A DNA stretch of 64,000 nt, from NCBI GenBank assembly GCA_963693365.1, contig CAVNZM010000017.1:1217989-1281988 (forward strand), given 5' to 3'. The stretch comes from Amoebidium appalachense. Its lineage: Eukaryota; Protista; Ichthyosporea. Of this stretch, positions 26,043-36,696 are shown piece by piece. Each line of letters starts with the position of its first letter. Position 1 is the first letter of the stretch. Both the position numbers and the translations under genes were made by a program. Below the pieces are notes generated by a model that did not search any database, was not told the origin of the DNA, and saw only the letters and a program-made list of their open reading frames with translations.

Positions 26043-27012
26043 CTCTCTCTCTCTCAGCTCTCTCTCGATCCCCCGAGCCTCCCTCCCCCCCCCCCCCTCT
26101 CTCTCGCTCTCTCTCTCTCCGTCTCGCTTTCAGGCTCCCCTCCCCCCCCCCCCCCTCCCCCCCCCCTCCCCCCCCCCTCCCCCCCCCCCCCCCCTTCCGA
26201 AAGCTAGAGTCCTGTATACAGTTGCATCTTCCCATGCGCGTACGCGTAGTAGGCCTTTGTACGTGCGAACGTACGCCGGGAATTAGAAATTCGAATGCAT
26301 CATTCTGCACGTGTCAACATGACGTGTTTTTTCCACCACTGGGCTGTCCGCCCCGCACGATGGGGGTGCACGTGTGGGGCAACCCCCCAGCTCCCGGCCA
26401 ATCGATACCGGCCCACCGGGCCGTTGACCGGAATTGCTTTGACCAATCAACACACCGGAATACCTTTTTTTTACATATTTGGATGTTCATTGAAACTTGG
26501 CTAATAATAGTTCCAGCAAAGCCCCAACATGCGGGCAGCAATATGTACTTCTGGAATGAGCAGCGCGGCAGTATAGAATGAATATTGCAATATTTTTCGA
26601 CCCTTTTTACACGGTGATACTGTTCAAAAAGCCAAAAAAGTACCAAGGTAACATTTAATAAATTTTACCGGGAACTTCGGAAGCTGCCAAGCGGTTGAGC
26701 CAGGGTCCGTGAGCTGATGACGATGGCGTTGATTGTTGAAACCCTGGGCCACTGTTGACTAAGCATTTTGTTTATTGCAAATTGCCTACATTGCTCCCTT
26801 CTCCCCTCCTCGATAAGTTTTTTCCCCCCTTCCCCGACCACGAGGTTAAATAAGAAGAAAGAGAAAAAAAAAAAGAAAAAAAAAGAAATAGTGAAGCTGA
26901 TGAATCTGGATTCCAAGATGATAGAATTAGATCCAACCGTTCACGGTTTTGGGCCAATCAAAATTAGCTGAAACATATCCACTCAAATCACTGCAATAGA
27001 AGCACCGGCAGG

Positions 27013-27020
27013 TATATAAA
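27013..27020 (+). promoter_or_regulatory. TATA box
   Basis: TATATAAA about 120 bp upstream of the ATG at 27138. Confidence 0.55.
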
Positions 27021-27137
27021 CAGCCTCTCCCCAGTCACTTTACCACTCACCAAATCACTGTCGATCACCGTGCTCTTTTACTCTCGCTAAAACGTTCGCT
27101 GTATTTTCCTTGCCAAGACCAGCAACAAAAATCCGAA

Positions 27138-28277
27138 ATGCAGCTCAACGCGTACATTCTGACTGTGGCTGCGGCCCTCTCTCTCCACGAGGTCTCCGCT
27201 CTTCCAACGACAGGAAAGACAGGCAGTCTTACCATGGATTTCGGCTCTGTGCAGGCCCCGGGCTCGGCCGTGGCAGTGCCCACCACCGGGTGCACTCTCC
27301 CCAACGGAGGCAGGCTCGGACACGGGTTCAGGACGAAATACAACGGCTGCGATTGCGCGTGCAACGGTACCTCGCTTGTGTGGGCCAGCGGGTGCAACTC
27401 TAACGACATCAATGGGTTAAGAAACAACGGGCAGGGTGGACGCTGGCCAGGGAGCAACGACGGAGGAAACTTGAACGCTAACGGCTTCAAAGGAAACAAT
27501 ATGGGTGATGGCCCCAACGGGAACGAAGCGTTTGGCAGAAATAACGCCAACAACAACGGACTCGGCAATGCGTTTGACAGAAACAACGCGGGCAACAACG
27601 CAATGCCAAACAATGGTCCAGCATTCAACAAGAACAACGAGCTCGAGGTTGATCATGATGGCCCCAACGGAAGTAACGGGTTCAACAGAAACGATGGGAG
27701 CAACGTTAACAACAACGGGAACCAGTTCACGTGGCGAAATGGCGGTGCCAACGGCTTCGACTCCAACGGACAGCGGCAGCAAGGGGACCAGACAAATGGC
27801 CGCAACACCGCAAACGTTCGCCCTAACGGCCCTAAAGACGAGGGCAGTAATAAGAATCCCTGGGGCATGATCAACTCCAACAGGGTTTCAGGAAACCCCG
27901 GTGCCAACATCTTCAACGATAATACCGCGGCTTGGGACCCTGCGTCCTCCGGGCGTGCATGCCGCACCCCCGATGGTAGGGACCTTCCTCACGGACGTCT
28001 TGCACGCGTCAATAACTGTATTTGCCGATGCACCGACGGCGCTCTCTCGTACAGCTCCAACTGCAACTCCCGCCCTACCCCAGGTCCCCTCCCTACCCCG
28101 GCCCCGGCTCCCGCCCCTGCCCCCGCCCCTGTTCCTGTTCCATGTGTCGGTTCTGATGGTACCCCGATTAATCTCGGCTCGACCGTGAGTGTTAACTGTC
28201 AAGTGTGCACGTGTGGAACCAGCGGACTCAGTTGCTCAGCCGACCCGACTTGCACCAACACCTATGCAAGTGACTAA
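27138..28277 (+). CDS. Secreted Asn/Gly-rich protein with three Cys-rich (VWC/pacifastin-like) modules
   Basis: Signal peptide MQLNAYILTVAAALSLHEVSA; three C-x3-G...CxCxC...C modules; N/G-rich middle; PA linker; intronless. Confidence 0.88.
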   Translation: MQLNAYILTVAAALSLHEVSALPTTGKTGSLTMDFGSVQAPGSAVAVPTTGCTLPNGGRLGHGFRTKYNGCDCACNGTSLVWASGCNSNDINGLRNNGQGGRWPGSNDGGNLNANGFKGNNMGDGPNGNEAFGRNNANNNGLGNAFDRNNAGNNAMPNNGPAFNKNNELEVDHDGPNGSNGFNRNDGSNVNNNGNQFTWRNGGANGFDSNGQRQQGDQTNGRNTANVRPNGPKDEGSNKNPWGMINSNRVSGNPGANIFNDNTAAWDPASSGRACRTPDGRDLPHGRLARVNNCICRCTDGALSYSSNCNSRPTPGPLPTPAPAPAPAPAPVPVPCVGSDGTPINLGSTVSVNCQVCTCGTSGLSCSADPTCTNTYASD

Positions 28278-28800
28278 GTGCAAACGAATGATAGTGTGAG
28301 TGGGCAGGTTAATGATAGTGCAATCACCGATGCACAGGTGAATGGTAATACCGTAACGGGCACGGATGCACAGGTGGATAATGGTTCTATTGTGGATGGG
28401 ACGGAGGTGGTTGATAACAATGTGGATGCACAGGCAAAAGATGTGTATGGTGCGGATGGGCAGGCGAACGCATAAGTCGTACGGGCGGGAGGCGAGTAGT
28501 TTAGCAGCTGTATCACGTTTTATTTTTATATGCATTGTATGCATATATACTATAATGTTGCATAGGTGAGATGAGTTCTTTTCATTTTAGGGTTGGCTAT
28601 CGAGAACGAATTGTAATACTATAACGAGGTTGACACGAACCAATATTAATGACGCAGCTCTGTGAGTTGTCCTGTTGCTGATTTGGTAAACTTTAACAAT
28701 AATAAAACAAAGAAAAAATGTAAATAAGCCTCATGATTTACTCATGATCAGTGAGATAATATCGTAATACCTGCTAGCACCCGTAAAGACGGCCACCGGA

Positions 28801-28841
<41 letters not shown>

Positions 28842-29574
28842 CTCCCCCTCCCCCCCCCCCCTTCCCCCGGTTCCCTCCCCTCCCCTCCCTCCCCCCCAAT
28901 CGTCCACCTCCCTCATACTGTTGCACTTACGTTGGTTGTTTCCCCTCTGCCCCTGAATCCCTGGATTTGCACTGAGTTGGCAAACCCAATATTAATACAC
29001 GAATAGCTGTAGTGCAAACCACGGGAAAACACCACCTTCCCCCCACAAACCAACCTTTCCCACCTTAATAGTCACGAGGGCCATGATAAACTCAGCGACA
29101 TTGCGTCGACCCCCTATAATCGCTTCGCTCCCATGGGGGTACTAAATTAAGAACAGCTAAAGAAGTAGAAGATGGTTCGAGGGCCCACAGAAACTGTTCC
29201 AGTGACTATACAATGTCACTAAGTGTAGACCCCAATGCCACCGCAGCCCCTACGCCACACACACACACAACACACAAAAACACACATGTTCATACACACA
29301 GACACACACAAAGCTTCCAAACATGCCCCAAACTACGTGCACCATATTTTATAATTGTCCCAGAACGAGTGCATATGCTCATTCCACTGGTTTTCTTCTA
29401 CATAGGCCCAAAATTTCATGCCACATGATCATTGTGAAGCCCAACCCGCGAGCTCCCCCCTAGTCCCCCACTCACCCACCCACCCATGGCCCCAATTCCC
29501 CCTTTCGTCCCCTGCCACACACACACACACACTACACACACACACACACCGTGACACACGCACACGCGCGCGTG

Positions 29575-29638
<64 letters not shown>

Positions 29639-29754
29639 CATGCTCACATTATGATACGCGCGTGCGCACACACGCACGCACACTCACTCACACACACATG
29701 CACGCACACCCACCCAGCCACCCAGCCACCCAGCCACCTACACCCACACACACG

Positions 29755-29829
<75 letters not shown>

Positions 29830-31257
29830 AACACACATGCACGCACACACAATCCCACCGAAACAGGCGAATACTACTAAGGGCACATGATATTGAGCTC
29901 GTGTATGTAAATGTGTGTGTGCACACTATTGCGCATTGCATAACTCATGACGTAGCCTTCGAAAGGGATTTCTTTACACCACCTCTCCCCTCCCTCCCAC
30001 CCTCACCCCGTACCACATGTACACTAGTTTTTCACGGAAGGCCTTCCACAGTATGTAGATAAAGTCTGCTGCTTTGAGGCAGTTCTCATTTAAAAGTTTT
30101 CGTGAAAATCTCCAGATTCTGATATATGATCATGATCACCTGCGGCCTCCCCTGTACCTAAAAAATAATCATTATTGCGAGAGTAGATTTATCCTTACAG
30201 CAGGTACGGGAGGAAATAAGCGAGAGGTGGCAGAAAATTCGTCTATACTGGGGGTTCACTTGGGTTTTGTGCATTGCCAAATCTATGATGTGGGTGTTAG
30301 TATATGTAAATATACTACGGAATATTCTATTTCATTACGGTTTTAGTTCTTGTTTTGTTTTTGCCATCTGATTGACGCACTTGCAAGCCGGCTCTAACTC
30401 CCTCCCTCCCCCCCGCCCCCCTCCCCCCCCCCCACCCCCCGCCCCCCATCCCCCCCCCCCAACCCCCCCCCCCCCCCCTCCCTCCCCTTACAAGGCGATG
30501 GTGACGGGGGGAGAAGGGCGGGGCCCTTAGAAGGCGATGGTGACGGGGGGAGAAGGGGGGGGGGGGGGGGGGGGGGGGGGGGAGGGGGGGGGGAGGGGGG
30601 GGGGGGAGGGGGGAGGTGTATCTGTTCATGCCCTTTGTGCGCAGAGGTCGGCTTGCAGCAGAGCGCGCGCGTTGTGTTAGTGGGTTGGTGTGCCAGGTTG
30701 TGGTTTGGGCAAAGTGTGTGCAAATAGTTAGGATTGGTTTAAAGGAGTGTTAGCTTAGCTAACTTATGATAATACCGAAACCGTTCCTAGCTAGAGTACT
30801 GTCGGTGCTGGGTGGAAGACAGTAGTTCCCCCTGAGGGCCCAAGGGGTCCCTCCGGGAACAAAACGGGATAAAATAATAATAAAAATGTCAGGTTGTGGT
30901 TGTGTGAGTGAGTGCATGCGGGGGGGGGTGTAAGTGACGCGACTGAGTGTGAAGCAGATCCAAATCATGTTTAACCCCCGGTATAAGGCCTAACACTAAC
31001 AGGTACTGACGTGTTGCCGCACGTTATACATCTACTCAGGCGGCTTTAAGTAAAAACAAAAAAAAAAAAAAAAAAAAAAGAAAAAAGAAAGGAGACACCG
31101 CCTCAGTAGGTGGTAGGTATAAGGCGAGCAGTGAAGCTCTTTTGGCGAAAAGACAAGTGCTTGCCGCACACCGACAATGTTTCAGTAATCAGTAGAAGTA
31201 AAAAAGGAAACTGTTCGTTTCTTTTTTTCTTTTTTTTTTCTTTTTTTTTTTTTTTGG

Positions 31258-31288
<31 letters not shown>

Positions 31289-31494
31289 ATCCAATGGGGT
31301 GATGACGGGGGAATGGAGGCGTAGCAGGGGCGAGGGGAAGGTTGGAGGGGCTCAAGGGGGGTCAGAGGGAGATGGTAGGAAGGGAGGGGGGGGGGGGGGG
31401 GGGGGGGAAGAGAGAGAGGGGGGGGGGGGGGGGGGAGGCGAGAGGGGGAGAGAGAGGGGGTAGAGAGAGGGGGAGGCAGAGAGGGGGAGAGAGA

Positions 31495-31614
<120 letters not shown>

Positions 31615-32287
31615 GAAAGAGAGAGCAAGGAGAGACTACAAATTCAAGGGGGGGGGGAGGGATAGATGGTATAACCTCGAAGGAGGGACATATGATGAGA
31701 GTGAAAGAGGCCTTGGGAGGAAGTTGCATCTGTCATTGGGTGTGTGTGGAAAAGGGAGTTAGGCCCGAAGGCTAAATATTCACAGAAAGAGGAAAACAAA
31801 AAGAAGGTGTGTATGTGTGTATGTGTGTGTGTGTGTGTCTGTGTGTGTGTGTGGGGGGGGGGGGGGGGGGGGGGGCATGTGTGCGTGCGTGTGTGTGTGC
31901 GTGGGTGGGGGAAGGGGGGGGGGGGGGGGGGAGAAGCAGAGAGACTTTGGGAGGCCCTTCTATGGCACTTGCCAATGATTAGCAATATATATAGAAAATT
32001 CGGTCACAATTTGTGAAAAGACATTTCGGGTATCAAAGGGGCGGGGGGAACTGTCATGAAATCTGGTTCAAACACTCCTGGCAGCCCCGGTGCAAAGTTC
32101 AATGCTTTATTGATATGAGTTGGAGCGTAAGGCCTGCTAGCTTGAAAGAGCTATATCATGGTGCACAATGTACAACAGTCGCTGGTCACGTGTCGAAGCC
32201 TATACAACGCGGCATTGTTATGTTGCAACCGCGCACTACAAACATATGTGCCGCAGTCTGTAACCGAACGCGATACACATAAACAGG

Positions 32288-32865
32288 CTACTTGCAGGCC
32301 TGGCAATAGATGTAGTCAGCGCTACAGTAGTAGCATGTGTTCGCCACGTTGTAAAGTTGCGCAAGGGTGGTGCAGCCGTTGTTGCCGTTGTTGCAGTTAC
32401 CGCAGTTGTCCCCCGTGGGATAATAGGGCTTGCAGCTGCGCCGTGAACGGTGGCGCCCAGCAAACAAATAGGTGTCACGGCGGGCCTTCTCCTTGGCCTC
32501 CTCCGTCCCCTCCTTAGCCACTTCGACCGCTCGGGCATCTCGCAGATGCCTAAGCCGCCGAGAATCGATGCGCACTTGCCGCACTTGCCGCTGCAGTCGT
32601 CGTCACTGCGGCACGTCAGCTGGCAGTGGCCCGTGACCAGCGCCACCGCCGCCCTGCCCAGCTTGTCCTCATCGGCCTTGACCCCCTTGGCCGGCACGCA
32701 CCTGCCCTGCTCGCCGCACACGCCTATTGCGCCCGCAGTCAGTGTCGTACTTGCAGGGCGCCCCGCAGTAGCCCACTGCGGTGCGCAGGCCCACAAAGAC
32801 CTCCGAGCCGTTCTTTGTTCCACAAAGACCTCCGAGCCGTTCTTCTTTGTCGGAACTGCTCGAGT
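32288..32865 (-). pseudogene. Frameshifted Cys-rich secreted-type protein pseudogene
   Basis: Cys-rich segments in different frames (YCGAPCKYDTDC; HCQLTCRSDDDCSGKCGKC; CGNC...CYYC...CQAC*); 29-bp tandem duplication at 32791-32845; GC-rich, coding-like composition. Confidence 0.6.
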
Positions 32866-32910
32866 GCTTGACTGACACACCATTCATCTGCCCCCCTCAG
32901 CCTCTCCAAG

Positions 32911-32989
32911 ATGTCTTGCCTTCTCCTGGGCCTTGCTGCTTTGGTGGCCCCAACGCTGGCCCGGGGAAGCCTCAAGTGGGGCAAAGGAT
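32911..32989 (+). CDS. Orphan signal-peptide exon
   Basis: MSCLLLGLAALVAPTLARG... followed by a GTAAGT donor at 32990; no downstream exon identified. Confidence 0.35.
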
Positions 32990-33407
32990 GTAAGTGCAGC
33001 TGTCATTCTGATACTGAGATTTCAGTGTCCTATAGCTATCATAGGACTCGTCCCTTAGACATGCATGTGATGTTCCCGTTCAGAGGTAAGAACACACGGT
33101 GCGTGACCCCACTGTCTACCTGGGTTTGCGCTGACGCTCCTTAAAAGATGGTATGAAATACGTCTGTCTGTGTTTTTGTGTTTAATGAGAAGGGAAAGCG
33201 TGTGGGTGAATGATAAGATACGGTTGCACGGTGTATGTAGTTTTATATGCCGGGGAGGCGAGTGTTTTTTTTTTTTTTTTTTTTTTTTGGGGGGGGGGGG
33301 GGGCTGAAAACATTGAAGCTAGGAACAGTTATAGGGACGTGTACGTGTGTGTGTGTGTGCGTGTGTTTATATTTGTGTTTGTGTGTGCGTGCTTATATGT
33401 GTGTGTG

Positions 33408-33448
<41 letters not shown>

Positions 33449-33514
33449 GTGTGTGTTTGCATTTGTGTGTTTGCGTGCGTGTGTGTGTGTGCGTGCGCAC
33501 GTGTGTGTTTGTAT

Positions 33515-33601
<87 letters not shown>

Positions 33602-33688
33602 ACGTGTATGTTTGCATGGGTGCGTTTTTTCTTCATTTCTTTCTTTCTTTCTTTTTCTTTTTCTTTTTCTTTTTCTTTTTTTTTTTTT

Positions 33689-33732
<44 letters not shown>

Positions 33733-34358
33733 GGGGGGCTTTTGTTTCAGAGAAGTCGAAAACCCGGATAGGTCCATCATAACAATGAGTTGACCCTTTC
33801 CCACCCATACCGATAAGCGTTATGCGGTTGCCCACCCTCATGGTGGTGTGTCCGTACACACCTTCAGGCGGTCCAAAATAGCTGGGTCCCGAGGTGGCAG
33901 GCAGACATTCCCACCGACACCCCATAGGAGACAGGGTGGAGTGACGTAATATTGAGAGCTCCGAGTTTATTAGCTAGAATATTTCATGATCAATGAAGTG
34001 AAACGGCGCAGGAATAAGATGCAAAGCTGAAGGGTTGAACAAATGTGTGTGGTGACGACGATACAGTATATGTTTGTTCCGGTCTAAAGACGTAAAGCCA
34101 AGGAGAAACATCATAAACTCACATAATCCTTTGTTTTTCTTTTCTACTTTTTCCCCCCCTACTCCTAGCAAGCACTGTATATGTACATTAGGCCTACTAA
34201 CGTCACGGCCCACCTTGTGACTCAGGCAAACGGTCAGAGCTCGACCGTGGTCAAGGCTATACAGTTCGGATTGCTTATGCAGATTTTCTTATGTTTTTGC
34301 TTCGCTCCAAAAATGCGATGACGTAATGAAGGGCTGGGAGAAGGGCTACTCATATACC

Positions 34359-34393
34359 CACGGCCATCTAGAAGGTGTTTCTAGATGGCCGTG
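34359..34393. mobile_element. 35-bp hairpin element with 15-bp TIRs and 9-bp TSD
   Basis: CACGGCCATCTAGAA-ggtgt-TTCTAGATGGCCGTG flanked by TCATATACC at 34350-34358 and 34394-34402. Confidence 0.75.
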
Positions 34394-34577
34394 TCATATA
34401 CCTTAAGTGATCAAAGTTTAAAATATGAATAAAAAACAGGTTTTGGTCAACTAATTAATATTAATGAATAACGCGACACACATTTATTATATAAGCAACA
34501 TGGGGTGCCCGCCGCTTATTTTATGGTGAAAACTAGAAAAAACTATGATTTTCATAAACGATCGGCCAAGGTGCTGA

Positions 34578-35569
34578 CCTGTTTGGCAACGCGGAGTTAG
34601 CGGCCATACTCCGGAGTAAGATCGATTTTGGAGTTAGGGCTAAAGCGGATTTTCTGAAATCCGCGATGCCAAACAGACGGCCCAATCTGGGCCTGTGTAC
34701 GCCGGGTTTCAAACCCCTTGGACATCGCTTGTACTCCAATTTCTATAATCCACCTCCGGAGGTGGATTATGCGCGAAATTGAACGCCGTGTGAAGGTCTA
34801 AACCAATGAAAATTCATGTCGTGAGACCTTTTTACATTTCTCTCTCGGCCAATTGGCGGCAGTGCAATATAGCCAAAAACAGTTAAAGTGGAAAAGACGC
34901 CAAACGGAAAGTCCGTTGTCACCGGCTGTGCGCACGGCATGGCCAGCTTGCTGGTGAGCCTGCGACAGCCCGAGCGCAGGCTGCGACCAGCCACACACAG
35001 CCGGCCACGTGTGGTAGGTCGTATAAAAACAAGCCCCCCCTCAACTATTCTTCCTCTTCGCGGCCAACTTGTAGGCAACCTTTTTTTTACCATTAGACAA
35101 TCTTTTGCACATCGGTCAAGATTGTCTGAACCGACAGGATGCCTGTAGGGGGAAGCAAAGAATGCAATTGCTGCAATTGCGGCCGAAAGGGCCATGTTTC
35201 GTGCTAAATACATAGTGGTTTTGCAACCGGAAACGTTGATGTTGTTATATATGCAAATGGTATCATTACAGTGTATACAAATACATACATACGGGACACT
35301 GCACAGTCACTACAAAAAAAATAGTACTGAGTCCTAGGTACGATATACGTGCAAAGTATGCGCACTCCGATCAACGTAAAACTTGCGCAATGTGACTTGA
35401 TAAACTAAGCTGCAGCTGAAAAAAGTGTTGTCTGTTTGGCACGAGCGGTTATTATCTACGCCAGGTTTTGACCTAAATCCGGATTACAAATCAGAATCTG
35501 GATACTGATTTGATACCCGGCGTATACGGTCTACGCCGGAGTTCGTAACTCCGCGTTGCCAAACAGGCC
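34578..35569. mobile_element. Non-autonomous DNA transposon / MITE, PIF-Harbinger (Tourist)-like
   Basis: Perfect 22-bp TIR CCTGTTTGGCAACGCGGAGTTA (34578-34599 / 35546-35567); right end ...AAACAGGCC|TAA; partial internal TIR copies near 34660-34678 and 35430; 26-bp palindrome at 34745-34770. Confidence 0.7.
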
Positions 35570-36389
35570 TAATAAGGCTGCACGGATTTTGGCCGATTTT
35601 ATCGATGAAGGAAGCGTCGGACATCCCCAATAAAAATAAAAATAAAATAATAAATAAAATCAATTATATCTCCGCATATGATGTCTATGTGATACGTTAT
35701 ATCTCCATTTTAAAATTTGTATGATGTAAGTGTAACACCGATTTTATTACATGTATATGTTGTTGGGTGGAAGTGCTGTTGGCCTTGGTGCCGACAACTC
35801 ACTGAGTCACGGCTCACCTATGTACATGTCGTTAATAAACAGCACATTCTCCCCCCCCCCCCCCCCCCCCCCCCCCACCCTATTTCTGTTGTTTTGTACG
35901 GGGGGTACAATGGAGCAGAGTGCACAGAGGTGTCATGTAAAACACGACCAACACAATAAAGAGAGGGCAATCGGAGTTGTTCACGACACATAAAAGATTT
36001 CAAACAACAATTGACCTTTTATTGTGCTCTCGGGTCTTTTTGTACTTGCAACTCAGTCATCATCGTATCTCAACTAAAGGGGGAGAACCAATCGGTTCTA
36101 TCAGATGATAGAAAAACACATTCCGACAGAGCATACGCATTCCAACTTCCGACCTAACTAAAGCTTAGGAACTCTTACTTAAATAACTTAAGTAATTATA
36201 CATCTTGTCACTATTAATACACATGTATATTTATACTCGTCTCTATAAAGAAATTCGTTTAAATATATATATTTCCTAATAGTCGACACTCTTAAAGTGA
36301 AGACACATTACGATAAACCGAATTCCATACATCTCTATTGTGTCCAATCATAACACGTGTATTAATAGACAGGAATGCACAACACGATC

Positions 36390-36696
36390 CATTCAGAAAG
36401 CAGACAAAGAACGTAAAGTGTCTGCTAAGAATGCGTGCGCCACACGTTGTCGTGTACGCATCAGCAAGGCAAAAGAGTTCCTCGCAAAGTTGGAAAACGA
36501 TGCTACGAGCGTGATAGACACGGACACGAAGGAACCAATGTTTTCTGGTGAGAAACTGCTCGAGCGCAAACGCCGATGCGAGATGGAAATCGAGCTCTTC
36601 TGCGAACTGTTCGCGCTGGCGGAAGGTCGTGCATACGACCCCGTAAGCGACAAGTGGGAACCAACCCCACAGGTGTCGGACCAAACCGATGCCTAA
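36390..36696 (+). pseudogene. Truncated LINE ORF1 C-terminus
   Basis: IQKADKERK...QTDA identical to the end of ORF1 in copy 1. Confidence 0.85.
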
